Position numbers and translations under genes: made by a program
Part shown: in pieces, positions 22,953 through 35,492 of the stretch
Numbering within the stretch: the stretch's first letter is position 1
Layout: each line of letters begins with the position of its first letter
NCBI GenBank assembly: GCA_010093745.1
Contig: MU005970.1
Coordinates: 6,138 to 70,137, forward strand
From: Piedraia hortae CBS 480.64
Lineage: Eukaryota
DNA: 64,000 nucleotides
Direction of reading: 5' to 3'
The notes under the pieces: model-generated
The model's input: the letters and a program-made list of their open reading frames with translations, nothing else
Databases searched by the model: none
What the model was told of the DNA's origin: nothing

Positions 22953-24302
22953 ATGTCTAGCAATCAGAATCCCATCTCCAACAGCAACCACAACAGCAAC
23001 GATGCCGATTTGGGGTGGGACTTCGAAGCGGACTGGAAGACATGGCCGGAGTACCAGCATCTAGCCATGCCTCAATTAGGAAGCCCGAACACCGCTGCAC
23101 CGCAGGGCCACCCTATTGCAGGTCCCCAAATCAATTTCAACGACGCATCTCTGCTTAATCTTAATACGGAGTCGCTCCGGGGACCTTTGATCGATCCCGC
23201 GTGGAACTTCACTCAACCGCCTGTGCAGCATCAGCTTCAGCCACTGCTACCGCCGCCGCCGCCGCAGCACTGGTCTATCGATCCGGCCGCGCCTTGGCCT
23301 AGCGAGCCATTTCTTGATCAGCCGTGGAGCAATCCGCGGGTCGAACCGGAGCCTAACACGGCGCAAAACTGGAACGGATTCATTGACACGGCGTGGAACG
23401 CTCCAGTTGGCGGATCGAGCAAGGCAGTAGGACTGATACCGAACTGGAGTCCGTCACGAGGAACAGGGGACTTGCGGTTCCAGTGCGTGAAATGCGTCAA
23501 AAAGGATCCACCGGTGAAGTCATGGTACAAGCACACACCGGCCACGGGTGAACACCACTGCAGACGGTGTCTGGAGGCGGAAAACAAACGGCGGATGTCG
23601 GTTCACACGCCGCATTGGGACTACATACCAAGCCGGTCGGGCTTTATGAATGCCGACGGCGCCATCTACGCACGTTGGCCCTCTATAGAGCTCGATGACG
23701 GCCGCCAGGATGACTGGCGACTAGTGCAGAATCAGGAGGAGTTCTGGGTTAGACGATTCATTCACGCTGTAGAGGCTCCCTTCCAGCAGGGTCTTGCACA
23801 GCAAGGTGGCGAGCACGATGAAGCAGACGTGAAGTGGCTGCAGGAGCAGCAGGTAGCCATCAACAAGGCTCAGCACGAGAAAAGTACTGCACAGTGGTTC
23901 ACCTCGGAGTGGGTGACGACGCGTCTTGTCATGCTGTTCTACGCGGTTTTGAACCTGCACCGTGGCGGACGTAGACCGTACCCTCAAGGCGGCAACAACT
24001 CAGGCTTCGGGCAGATCGACAAGCGACTGACCTGCACGGAACGGCTGCGCAGGGTCGAGCACCTGCTGACGCTGGACAAACGCATCGCCATCAATGTCAT
24101 TGACGGGAACCACGTCAACGCTTTGGCGGAAAACCCAGACGCCGTACGCAAGCGCAAGACGCTGAACCGCAAGACAAACGTCAAAAAGGCCAAGCTGCAG
24201 CTCTTGGGCAAGCAGGAGATGAACAAACGCTCACGCGAGCTCTCGGAAGCGTATCTCGACGAAGATGCTGCAGGTAGGCAGAACAAAAAATCCCGAATCT
24301 AG
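22953..24302 (+). CDS. Hypothetical protein with a Pro/Trp-rich N-terminus and a Cx2C-x21-Cx2C motif
   Basis: 449-aa intronless ORF with coding-like composition and TATAAAA ~100 nt upstream. Confidence 0.65.
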   Translation: MSSNQNPISNSNHNSNDADLGWDFEADWKTWPEYQHLAMPQLGSPNTAAPQGHPIAGPQINFNDASLLNLNTESLRGPLIDPAWNFTQPPVQHQLQPLLPPPPPQHWSIDPAAPWPSEPFLDQPWSNPRVEPEPNTAQNWNGFIDTAWNAPVGGSSKAVGLIPNWSPSRGTGDLRFQCVKCVKKDPPVKSWYKHTPATGEHHCRRCLEAENKRRMSVHTPHWDYIPSRSGFMNADGAIYARWPSIELDDGRQDDWRLVQNQEEFWVRRFIHAVEAPFQQGLAQQGGEHDEADVKWLQEQQVAINKAQHEKSTAQWFTSEWVTTRLVMLFYAVLNLHRGGRRPYPQGGNNSGFGQIDKRLTCTERLRRVEHLLTLDKRIAINVIDGNHVNALAENPDAVRKRKTLNRKTNVKKAKLQLLGKQEMNKRSRELSEAYLDEDAAGRQNKKSRI

Positions 24303-24401
24303 GCCATGCTAACTCTTCAAGATGAATTCTCGGACTAGATTCGGGAGAAAAACAAAAACCACCAACTCAAGCAAGAAAGAAGACTCTTCTAGACCAGATA
24401 A

Positions 24402-25502
24402 TTAGACAGTCCCCAAAACAAGTCGTGCAAACGCATCTCTACACGCTTTCTCACTATAAGTTTCCCAAACTTGGTATAATGTAACCAATTCCTGCACCGC
24501 ATCCGCAACAGATCCAATATCTACCTCACTCGCTGCTAGCCAAGTAATTAACCTTGCAGCAGACCCTGTGCCACCTGCCCCCCTCGCCGCACCCAACGTC
24601 CTCATCGCAGAGTTCGCAGCCGTAGCCGTCATTGCAGGTGTCACCTGCACTGCAGGCCTAATCTGTGCCTGTGAAAGCTGCGCTGCTAGCGAGCCCGGCT
24701 GTGGGGCGGTAGCCCCAGCCGCAACTGTACCCGCAACTGTACCCATACCCGTAGCCGCTGACATCGGCGTCCCAAACCCCCTTCCCAAAGGCGTAGTCTG
24801 CGTAGCCTGCTGTGCCGGCGTAGCAGACACAGCACCCGCCCCCGGCCTGGCCTGTCCGAGCGGCAAACTCGCGCCCTTCAATGTGACCGCCAACACCAAC
24901 GCCGCAAGCGCAATCGTATGGGGAGCATGGATCAGCCCCAAATCCGTATTCAGCGAATCATTTACAACCGCCATTGCGACGGCTTTCTCGTGCGGGGAGA
25001 TGCGCACCTCGTTTGCGAAGATCAAGAGGTCGTTGTACGGGTGATGGACTACTAATTGGGAGGAGAGTGTTGCTATGATGACGAATTCGCATTCTCCGAT
25101 GCGGTTCGTGTCGGGAGTGCTGCCTAGCATGTCGGGGAAGAGGCGGCTTGCTTCGCTTGAGACGATGCGGATGTGTTGTGGGCTTTCTTCGGTTTTGGAG
25201 GAGAGGTATAATGCTGTGGTGAGGAGGAGGTACGGATTTGTGGTTTGGAGGGGAGTTTTGAGGAAGTAGCGGGTTAAGTAGACTTGGGCGGTAGAGAGAG
25301 TTTGTTGGCGGATGTTGAGGCGGCGGGCGAGACGGGAGAGAAGGGTTTGGATGTAGATGTTTATGTGAATAGTGCAGGGGAGGGGGTAGCGAGCGAAGAG
25401 GGCTTTGTGGGCAATGATGTGATTTTGGCGGATGGTGGCTAGTTGGGGGCGGGTAAAGGTCCAGTGGGAGAGTTGGGTTGAGGTCCAGTAGTTGCCTGCC
25501 AT
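24402..25502 (-). CDS. SSN8: Cyclin C (Mediator kinase module)
   Basis: MAGNYWTSTQ, IRQQTLSTAQVYL.R, LSSKTEESPQHIR, IGECEF, LVVHHPY. Confidence 0.93.
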   Translation of the reverse strand: MAGNYWTSTQLSHWTFTRPQLATIRQNHIIAHKALFARYPLPCTIHINIYIQTLLSRLARRLNIRQQTLSTAQVYLTRYFLKTPLQTTNPYLLLTTALYLSSKTEESPQHIRIVSSEASRLFPDMLGSTPDTNRIGECEFVIIATLSSQLVVHHPYNDLLIFANEVRISPHEKAVAMAVVNDSLNTDLGLIHAPHTIALAALVLAVTLKGASLPLGQARPGAGAVSATPAQQATQTTPLGRGFGTPMSAATGMGTVAGTVAAGATAPQPGSLAAQLSQAQIRPAVQVTPAMTATAANSAMRTLGAARGAGGTGSAARLITWLAASEVDIGSVADAVQELVTLYQVWETYSEKACRDAFARLVLGTV

Positions 25503-25771
25503 TCGAGGGAGGGCATGTTCTTCTGGTATCGGTTTGGATGAGGATGGGGTTGTGAGTTGTTTTTTCTTCGGTTATATATGCTCATGTGATAGTGGGCTTC
25601 GGCTTGGCGAACTCTACGGTGTGTATCGGTATATCTTGTGGGAGGTCATTGCTGGATTGGTGGGAGTTGCCGTTAGGTTCATCTGACACCGGCAAATGCC
25701 GACAGTTGCAATCCCGCTGAACGACGACACACCTCGATGCGGCACAGTTATCTCAACATGAACATAGGGCT

Positions 25772-27659
25772 ATGATGGAGAAGACGTCGACTGAGCGCGT
25801 GGAAAAGCTATGGAGCAATCTGGACCCCAAGCGGAAAGGTTCCCTCGACCTTACCGCGCTCAAACAAGGCCTCCAGCGCGTAAACCATCCCTTGAAAGAT
25901 GCAGATGCCTTCATACAGGAGATGTTGCGCGCTTGCGACCTGAATAACGATGGTTTCGTAAGCCGCGACGAGTTTATGCGCTTCTGTGCACAGGCCGAAC
26001 AGCAGCTTTGGAGCTTATTCTGCAGTATTGACCGTGATAACAGCGGCACCTTGGATCGCAGTGAGCTGAAGCATGCATTTCATACCGCTGGGATAAAGAT
26101 CAGCAATGCCAGACTCGACAGTCTCTTGAATAGCATTGACAAGAACAACGACGGCCGCATAGACTTTGACGAATGGAGAGGTGTGTCCTCGTCTGCACAC
26201 CGAAGGACACCACTGACTTGAAAGATTACCTATTATTCATACCTACAAATTCACCTGGCATGGCGGCAGTTTTGAATTTTTACAACAACACAGTCAAATT
26301 CACGGCAGAGGGCGACGTGCATTTAAGCGACGAAGCGCTCTCGGGTTTCGGTAGGACACTCCATTTCTTTCAGATGGTTTTCTTTGGTGTCATCGTTCAG
26401 ATAGCACAGTCGCCGAAAAGTTCTATTGACAGTCTTGGCACCGCCCACGCGTCACTAGAAACGACGGAACGACTCCCTTTAGAAGATAACGATCCCCACA
26501 TGCCCGTCCAACCCGCACGCCCAAAGCTACTCTTGCTGGAATTTCCAAGGCTGACGGATCTTGTACCTGATGCAGGTTACTTCATCGCCGGTGGCCTGAG
26601 CGGAATCACCAGCAGAACCCTCACCGCTCCCCTCGACCGCCTTAAAGTCTATCTCATCGCTCAAACGGGCAATGCAGAAGATGCCATTCAGGCTGCCAAG
26701 AGTGGAAACGCCGTCAAGGCCACCGCTCACGGAATGGCTACGCTTGTAAATGCCTGCAAAGAGCTTTGGGCTGCGGGCGGCATAAGGAGCTTGTTCGCTG
26801 GCAAGTTATCTCCCTGATGTTTCAACAAAGCTAACACGGTCTAGGCAACGGATTGAACGTGGTCAAAGTCATGCCAGAGTCTGCGGTAAAGTTCGGGTCC
26901 TACGAGGTGCGTTTATAATGCGGTTTTCGTACTTCTTACCCTAACTTGCCAGGCCTGCAAGCGTGCCGTGGCCAGGTTTGAAGGCCATTCAGACGTTAAA
27001 AACATCTCACCAGTGTCCCAGTTCTTGGCTGGCGGCGTTGCTGGCATGATAAGCCAAGCCGTCGTCTATCCGCTCGACACGCTCAAGTTTCGAATGCAAT
27101 GCGAAACTGTAGCCGGGGGCGAACATGGGAACCGACTTATCGTCGATACCGCCAAGAATATGTGGAATAGAAACGGTGCCTTGAGCTTCTACCGAGGCCT
27201 GCCAATGGGACTGGTGGGCATGTTTCCATACGCTGCTTTGGACCTATTTACGTTTGAATCACTCAAAAAAACCGCCGTCAAACGGAGAATGAATAAATAC
27301 GGATTCGACCACGAAGAGGATGCACTTCCGGGAAACTTCACCCTGGCTTTGATGGGCGGTCTCAGCGGAGCCTTCAGCTCCAGCATCGTCTATCCCATCA
27401 ACCTCCTCAGAACAAGATTACAAACACAAGGCACAGCAAGTCATCAGAGGACCTACACTGGCATCGTAGATGTCACTCGACAAACCATCCGGTGTGAGGG
27501 CGTTAGAGGACTGTTCAAGGGACTCACACCAAACCTACTAAAGGTCGTTCCTTCTGTTTCTATTGTAAGTTGATCAAAAGAAGGACTCAAAACACTGTTA
27601 ATAACATACAGACTTATGTCGTCTACGAGAACACGAAACGAGCACTACACTTGGGCTAG
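25772..27659 (+). CDS. SAL1: Ca2+-binding mitochondrial ATP-Mg/Pi carrier
   Basis: Four EF-hands followed by three carrier repeats (APLDRLKV, YPLDTLKFRMQ, YPINLLRTRLQ). Introns 26181-26224, 26351-26575 (in frame), 26801-26844 (GC-AG), 26907-26952 and 27565-27611. Confidence 0.92.
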
Positions 27660-27864
27660 CTGGACGTTGCCTTTTTATGTACATATGCAGTGCATTTAGC
27701 CTACAAACGCTAAAGATCCTAGCGGACGCGCTAGTGGTCTTCGACAGGTTTAGCGCGAAAATCAGCGATCGCGCAATCCGGGGACTGGGCAAAGCGGGGC
27801 CAGCAGACCAATCAGTAGAGCTTCTGTAGATGCTACAGTTTTCGAGTCTCTTTCACGTAGCAAA

Positions 27865-30800
27865 ATGACATCCATCTTGTCGGCGGGTGAAGCAGGTGCG
27901 TAGTCTGGTCGCCGCCAACTGTAGCAACTAACCAGGCCAGTCGCCCGCATTGCCTATCTATCCTCAGATGTCATTGTCTCCGTCCAGCCCTCGTTGGCAA
28001 CGGACTCGGAGTTTTCCAAGTTTTTGAAAAACTACGTATCCAACAAAGCCACAAGCCTCATCTGTAAAGGCGTCCCAGAGGTGCAGAGCGTACGGTATAA
28101 TGCCGACCCACTGCTTTCCGTTTTCCACGCCGTGCGGAGTGGCAAGATCACGACGGTTACGACGTCTAGTAATGTGCTGATCAAGAGCATTCCGCATCTG
28201 TATCGGCTGGCCCAGTATCCCGTAGTCATCCATGTCAGTGTGCATCCCGAGTACAGTGACATTACAAGCGTCCGCAATACGGGGTTTGCCTTCTTGCAAA
28301 GTACCTCGCTGCAGGAAGCCCAAGATCTGGCCCTTACCGCTCATGCCCTTGCCCTGCGGTCTGGAAAGGGTGTCATCCACTTCTTTGATCCGGCGAGCTC
28401 GTCGGCTGACCAGCCCATTGCACACGAGAGCAGGGACCTGGTCACCAGCGTCATTTCCACGGGGCTCGCCAGCCAATATCAGGCTCCGCAGGAGGGCCAA
28501 GGCACTTTGTATGTTGCCGAAGGGAAGCTTCAGGTGCGCGATGTTGGCCTGAATAATGAACACAGCACAAGGCCGTCGACAGATTCTGGGGAGAAGAAAG
28601 AAGGTTCAGACTCTTCTGCTTCTTCAGTGGCCAAGGATTCAGGCTCCGGTGCTTCTGTGGCAGAGTCTGCAACTACCATAGACTCGAACCCCAAACCGGT
28701 TAGTTCAGATGATATCTATGCCATCACTTCGGCCATATGGACACAGATCAGGTCAGCCACCGGAAGGGCGTATAGCGTTTTTACCTACACCGGCCCGGTT
28801 GAACCTGAAAACGTCCTTGTTCTCTTCGGCTCAGATCCGGCTCTGTTTGCCGTGGCCCTCGAAGCTGCTTCTTCTAACGATTTCTTCCGCGATGCTGGCC
28901 TCGTTACCCCGGTTCTTTACCGTCCATGGTTGCCAAATCAGCTGCAGGAAGCACTTCCATCCAGCGTTAAAAGAGTGGCAGTCCTCGAGCAGATACGGCG
29001 AAGCACGACCAAATGGGGCCCCATCCTCTTGGATGTGCTCGCTTCTCTAAATGCTCCTGGCCACGAGCTTCGTCCGCTGGTAGTGGGATACCAGCTCGGC
29101 TATATCGGCTCAAACACCATCACACAGGCATTGTCTGGCATTTTCCAGAATCTGTTGTCTGCTTCGCCTATTCAGAATCTGGAAATCGGAGCTCATGAAG
29201 CCCCAAGGCCTACGCTGGTCGGAAAGCACAGCGAGTTTGAACTCCAGCAACCAGCTCTGGAGAATGCGTACATGAAAGTACTCAACCAGCTCTTTGGTGA
29301 GCGCTTGTACGTTGCCAATGCCGTGACATCCAAAGACACGGGTATCAGCGATCAGTCAATCAAGGGAAGCCCAGAGTTTGGTTTTGGCTCTTTACTGGCG
29401 CGGAAAGAGCATCGCAAGCGGTTCATCGACCAAGTGCGTGCCGCCGCCAAGTCTAACGATTTCACTACCAATGCGCCGCTCAAGTGGCTGGCTCAGTGGG
29501 CTGTGGTCGCGAACGATGCCGCAGAGGCCAATAAGATTGTGCCAGAGGTGCTGAGCCGGCTGTCCACCGATGGTTCGCCTTTAGCATCAAGACTTCTCAG
29601 CTCCAAGGGTCTATTCTATAAAGAGGCCTCGTGGCTCATCGGCAGCGATGCCTGGGCCTATGATCTTGGTAACAGCGGTGTACATCATGTTCTGGCTAGT
29701 GGTGAGAATTTGAACATGCTCATCATTGACTCCACGCCCTACAGCGAGCGTGCATCCCAAGATCCAACCAGGAGAAAGAAGGATATCGGGCTCTATGCTA
29801 TGAACTTTGGAAACGCTTATGTTGCTTCAACCGCCGTCTATAGCTCGTACACGCAGGTTTTGCGGGCACTGGTGGAGGCAGAGGCATTTGACGGGCCATC
29901 AGTTGTCATGGCTTATCTACCGCACAACCGCGAAGATGACAGCCCCCTTGTGACGCTGCACGAGACCAAGAAGGCCGTCGATCTCGGCTACTGGCCGCTT
30001 TACCGTTGGAATCCTAAGCTCGAGGACAAAGCATTTGAACTCGACAGTCACAGGATAAAGCACGAATTGGAGACCTTCTTGAAGAGGGACAACCAGTTGA
30101 CGCTTCTCATGAAACGGCATCCGCAGTTCAGTGCCAATCTTGCAGAGTCGTATGGAACGGAAGTGCGGAAAGTGCAGAAGCGAAAGGCAAAGGAAGCGTA
30201 CGACGCTCTCTTGGAGGGCCTGCAGGGTGCACCCATCACTATCCTTTTTGCCTCGGACAATGGCAACGCCGAGAGTCTGGCGCAGCGTCTGGGTAGCCGC
30301 GCAAAGGGCCGCGGTCTCAAGGCGATGACCATGGCTATGGACGATTACCCGCTCGAAGACCTTGGCAACGAAGAGAACCTCGTCTGCATCACGTCCACGG
30401 CCGGCCAGGGTGAGTTTCCGCAAAACGGACGCGCGTTCTGGGATGGCATCAAGAGTAGCACTGATCTCGACTTGGCTAACGTCAAGTTCTCCGTCTTTGC
30501 TCTGGGTGACAGCCACTACTGGCCGCGTAAAGAGGATAAGCACTACTATAACAAGCCAGGTAAAGACCTCTTTGCTCGGCTGGAAACACTTGGTGCGAAG
30601 CCGTTGGTCGAATGCGGTCTTGGCGATGATCAAGATCCAGATAGCTATCAGACTGGCTACCAGGAGTGGGAACCTAAGCTCTGGGCTGCGTTGGGCGTAG
30701 ACAATGTAGAAGGAATTCCTGACGAGCCGCCGCCAATTACCAACGAGGACATCAAACGCGAGTCCAATTTCCTCCGTGGCACGATTGCGGAGGGGCTGGC

Positions 30801-32515
30801 GGATACCACTACTGGCGCCATCAGTGCACCCGATCAGCAGCTGACCAAGTTTCACGGAACTTATATGCAGGATGACCGTGACCTTCGCGATGAGCGTAAG
30901 GCACAGGGTCTTGAGCCGGCCTATAGCTTCATGATCCGTTGTCGGCTGCCTGGCGGTGTGGCGACTCCGGAACAGTGGATAAAGATGGACGAGATTGCCT
31001 CGACTCTGGGTAACGAGACCATGAAGCTCACAACCAGACAGACGTTCCAATTCCACGGCGTCATCAAGGGCAAGCTGCGGCCGGCCATGCAGGCCATTAA
31101 CAGGGCGCTCATGACGACGATTGCCGCGTGCGGTGATGTGAACCGAAACGTCATGTGCTCTTCGTTGCCGGAGATGAGCGAGCTGCACCGTGAGACCCAG
31201 GCGTATGCTAAGAAGATTAGCGACCACCTCCTCCCTAGCACAACTGCATATCACGAGATTTGGTTAAAGGACGAGAACGACAAGAAGGTGCAGGTGGCTG
31301 GTGATGCTGTCCAGGACTTTGAGCCGCTCTACGGCCCAACTTACCTGCCTAGAAAGTTCAAGATTACGATCGCCGTTCCACCACACAATGACACTGACGT
31401 CTATGCGCACGATATTGGTCTGATTGCAATCAAGGATGAGTCTGGCAAGCTGCAGGGATTCAACGTTCTTGCCGGTGGTGGAATGGGCGTCACACACAAC
31501 AACAAGAAGACATATCCCCAGCTCGGCCGCATGTTTGGCTACTGTCCCAAGGAGTCTGTGCACCTAGCCTGCGAGAAGATTATGCTGGTGCAGCGTGACA
31601 ATGGTGATCGGTCGAACCGTAAGCACGCGCGTCTAAAGTACACAATCGATGACATGGGCGTCGAGACTTTTAAATCAGCCGTCGAGGAGCTTTGGGGGGA
31701 GAAGTTCTTGGAGCCGAAACCGTTCCACTTTGTCAGCAACATTGACACCTTTGGCTGGCTCACCGACGAAAGCGGCATGCACCACTTCACCATGTTCATC
31801 GAGAACGGTCGTGTCGAAGACACTGCCTCGTTCCAGATGAAGACTGGCCTCCGCGAGATCGCCAAGGTACACAAAGGCGAGTTTCGCCTCACAGGGAACC
31901 AACACCTGATCCTCGCAAACGTCAGCGAAGCAGCCCTACCCGAAATGAAATCCCTTCTCAAAAAATACAACCTTGACAACACAAACTTTAGCGGTCTCCG
32001 ACTCTCTTCATCCGCATGCGTTGCCTTCCCGACATGTGGCCTCGCCATGGCCGAATCCGAGCGCTACCTCCCCGAGCTCATCACAAAGCTCGAAGACGTC
32101 ATTGAAGAAACCGGCCTCCGGCAAGAAAGCATCGTCATGCGCATGACGGGCTGTCCCAACGGCTGCGCGCGACCCTGGCTCGCCGAGGTCGCTTTCGTCG
32201 GTAAAGCCTACGGCGCCTACAACATGTACCTCGGCGGCGGATACCACGGTAACCGATTAAACAAACTCTACCGCTCATCTATCCAGGAAGAAGAAATCCT
32301 AAACATTATGCGACCGTTGCTGAAACGCTTCGCGCTCGAGCGAAACGAGGGAGAGAAGTTTGGGGATTTTGTGATCAGAATTGGGCTTATTAAGGAGACG
32401 AAGGAGGGGAGGGATTTTCATCACGAGGTGAGTTTTATTTTTCTTCCACCTTTTTTGGGGTCGGGAAGGGATACTAACGCGGGCGCAGACGGCTGAGGAT
32501 GAGGAGGATGAATAG
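27865..32515 (+). CDS. MET5: Sulfite reductase (NADPH) beta/hemoprotein subunit
   Basis: PFOR-like N-terminus (GSDAWAYDLG), flavodoxin domain (FASDNGNAE, TSTAGQGE), KFHGTYMQDDRD, siroheme/4Fe-4S motifs CVAFPTC and TGCPNGC. Introns 27896-27940 and 32428-32488. Confidence 0.96.
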
Positions 32516-33445
32516 ACTGGTTTGTGGGTTTTTAGTGCTGGATGTATGGGTATGAAAGTTCTGTTTGTGATGCTAGATATACTGCGTGAAAGGTGGAATC
32601 AATCCCTGCTCTTGACTGTAAGAGGTGAAAAACTTTTCTTTAAGCTGAAAGCCCGTGGTATCATGACATTCTGACGGAGTAAGTGCGTGCGGATTCGTTT
32701 TGTATTTTTGGTGATGATGCAAATGCTGGTGGGTTGGGGTTTTGATATTGGTGGAAATTGCAAATACTTATCGTAGAAACACGCTTAAAAATGAGATTCT
32801 TATATACATTCACCGCCAGAGCTTTGATTCGAGTGTTGAGCGTTTCCAGGGATTTTGGATGTTTCCAGTGGGTAGAGATCTTCTATCGGGTTGAACCCCT
32901 CTTCCGTTGAAGAGATTTTTCGGGATACGAGAATGGATTGTAAATAGACTGTCTGGCAACGTATTGAAATTGGAGATTGTTGCAGCTGGAGAATCTGTTT
33001 ACAATGACCGTAAGAGTTTTGGGTTCGAGCGTTGAAGGGCTCGATGTGTTCATGCTGGATGGATTTCCTGATTTGTACTGAGGTATTGAAATTGAAATGG
33101 TGAATCTTGATGTGATTGTGTGGAAAATCTGTACTGTTCATCGAACAACTCTGAAGATTTTCCAGGATATATGAATCTGATGGAAAGAATGGTTGATATG
33201 AAATGACAATGAGGAGGGAGCCTAAGCTCTGGACACCTCTAAGTGCTGGCCGAAGACATTCGACAAGATCGAACAATTGATATCGAACGGGAACGCTGGC
33301 CTAGCAAAATGTTTATACACCGAGTGTACATCCCGGTAAAAGCAGCAAGATTTCCACGTCTTACCCAGACAACTTGAACACTCTAGGGTGCCTACTCTTC
33401 AGTTAGAAGAGTCCATTATTCCATTATACAACACAGTAAAACTGT

Positions 33446-34306
33446 TCAAAACCCCTCCCCATTTTCATCAGCCTCTCCCCCCTCTCTCGCCCTCTCAAGA
33501 ATTCCCATCCACAGTTTCTCCAGATCGACCTGCGCCCTCTTCTCCACCGTAAAAATCTGAACAACCAGATTAGAACCAGCATGGCTGGACCCGAACCCAA
33601 CAAACATCCTCTGCTCCCTCTGCTTAGGCAATACCCCACCATCAACCTCTCCAAGATTAACACAAACCCAACTAGTCGTCGTGCCATCATCCAGCTCCGC
33701 TTCCGGCGTAGCAGCAGCCGACATAGCTCTGATACGCATACGCTTCGCTCGTCGCTTTAACCTAATCTTCAACTCATTCTGCCCGATTAACCCGTCGGCG
33801 GAAGGGGAGAGTTTATAAGGTTCAGATCTCAGCCAGCGACAGAGCCGGTCAGCCACGGCGTGGACGTGTTTTTCTGATCTCGCGGTGCCGATGAGCATGA
33901 TGAGATTGTCGCCTAGAGCTGAAGGCGGGTCTAAGGTGCGGAGGTCGAGGAGGGAGATGTCGTCGATGCCGTATTGGGCGGATAATTGCTCGAGGAGGGG
34001 GGAGAGGATGGGTGGTGGGTGTGGTGGTAGAGATGGTAGTTCTTGTCGTCGAGGACGGAGGGAGAATTCGGGCATGTCGTCGCGGAGGGAGTCGTCGAGA
34101 TACCAGGGCTTTTGGGTGGAGGGTTGGTTTTCGAGGACTGATAAGGCATCTTTTACGGGAGGTTCCTCGGGGTGTAGGGGATCTTGGTTGTGATATCTTC
34201 GACGTTGTAGCGGTCGGATGATTGTTCGCCTCTCCCGGATGAAGGTTCTGAGCAACAGGTTGCGACAATTGTAGCAGCTGAAAAAGGAGCGGGAGACGGT
34301 TGCCAT
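33446..34306 (-). CDS. ATP25: Mitochondrial Atp25 (RsfS/Iojap-like N-terminal domain only)
   Basis: PWYL, LDLRTLDPPSALGDNLIMLIGTARSEKHVH..ADRLCRWLR, ADGLIGQNELKI, WVCVNLG, VVQIFT..R..VDLEKLW. Confidence 0.88.
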   Translation of the reverse strand: MATVSRSFFSCYNCRNLLLRTFIRERRTIIRPLQRRRYHNQDPLHPEEPPVKDALSVLENQPSTQKPWYLDDSLRDDMPEFSLRPRRQELPSLPPHPPPILSPLLEQLSAQYGIDDISLLDLRTLDPPSALGDNLIMLIGTARSEKHVHAVADRLCRWLRSEPYKLSPSADGLIGQNELKIRLKRRAKRMRIRAMSAAATPEAELDDGTTTSWVCVNLGEVDGGVLPKQREQRMFVGFGSSHAGSNLVVQIFTVEKRAQVDLEKLWMGILERAREGGEADENGEGF

Positions 34307-34448
34307 GGTACACGGAAGATTCGGAGAGGAGTTATGTCACGGCAGGTCACTTTTGCTGTAGTCGTTGTTCTTGGATGTCGTGGTTGACACCAGGCCGAAT
34401 TAGGCAATTTGGCACCAAAACTTCCGCCCAGCCCAAGCGCAGCGCAAC

Positions 34449-35492
34449 ATGAACGCTGCCAGCCAAGGCTCTGCATGCAAAGCGAAAAATGGAATCCGCC
34501 TCTTCCACTCCACAACCGCCAAGTTCGGTCGACGGCGTCCGGCTTTTCCGTCGGTGAAGATGGCCGAGCTGGAGGCCCAAGCGGCCGAGAATGCGCGAGT
34601 AGATCGGTTATCACAGCACCTGAAGCCGTACACGGAAGAGGAGAAAAAGGCGCTCTCACAACGCTACACGCCGGCGCAGATGGAGGCGATTGAAGCGGGA
34701 GAAAAGGCCGTCAGCGCGCGCGACATGATCGCCCAAGGACGGCTCCGCGGTGACGCTTTCCGCCCTACTTATATTGACGATTTTGCGACTCGACGACCAG
34801 TTGTTGACTGGCCAGACCCAAACGAGAAGCCAAGACCTCAGAAGGGCCGAGGACAGCTGCTGCCAAACGTCGAGTACGGGAGCGAGGCGGACAGCTACCA
34901 GCGGCTCTCGCAGATGACGGGCATGAGCCTGGACGAGATCAAGAACATCCGCGTCAAGAACGTCGTCTGTCATCGTGTGGCGAACCAGACGCATATGGGC
35001 AAGATCAGGCAAATGTATTTCCTATCTATAGCAGGCAACCAAAACGGTATGGTAGGTATTGGGGAGGGAAAGGCACAGGAGATGACCGACGGACACCGCC
35101 AGGCCACCATCAACGCCATTCGAAATATGAGGCCCGTTGCCCGCTACGAGTCGCGGACCGTCTACGGACAGCCCGAGGCCAAGGTTAGCGGCACCGTCGT
35201 CCAGCTTTTTGCTCGGCCCCCAGGTCAGTCGTCGCATAAGTACATATCGGCCAACTGCTGATAACCAACAGGTTTCGGTATCCGCTGCCAACCGCTCATC
35301 TTTGAGCTGGCACGCGCTGCTGGGATTACAGATCTTGCCGCTCGCACACCGCGCAGCCGGAACAAGATGAATGTCGTTAAGGCAGCCCTAAAGGCCTTAA
35401 CCGACCAGCGACTGCCAGAGGACGTGGCTCGCAGTCGAGGACGGAAGATGGTTGATGTGCGGCGGGTATATTACGCGGGAGCTGTACAGTGA
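34449..35492 (+). CDS. MRPS5: Mitochondrial ribosomal protein uS5m
   Basis: HRVANQTHMGK, IAGNQNGMVGIGEGKA, RYESRT. Intron 35224-35271, then PPGFGIRCQ..RSRNKMNVVKA..VARSRGRKMVDVRRVYY. Confidence 0.92.

Noticed and set aside
29917..31254. 445-aa minus-strand ORF
   Set aside because: Antisense shadow within MET5 with no recognisable motifs.
32800..33276. 158-aa minus-strand ORF as the missing Atp25 C-terminus or a separate gene
   Set aside because: Non-ATG start, AT-rich non-coding-like composition, no motif, and no clear splice link to ATP25.
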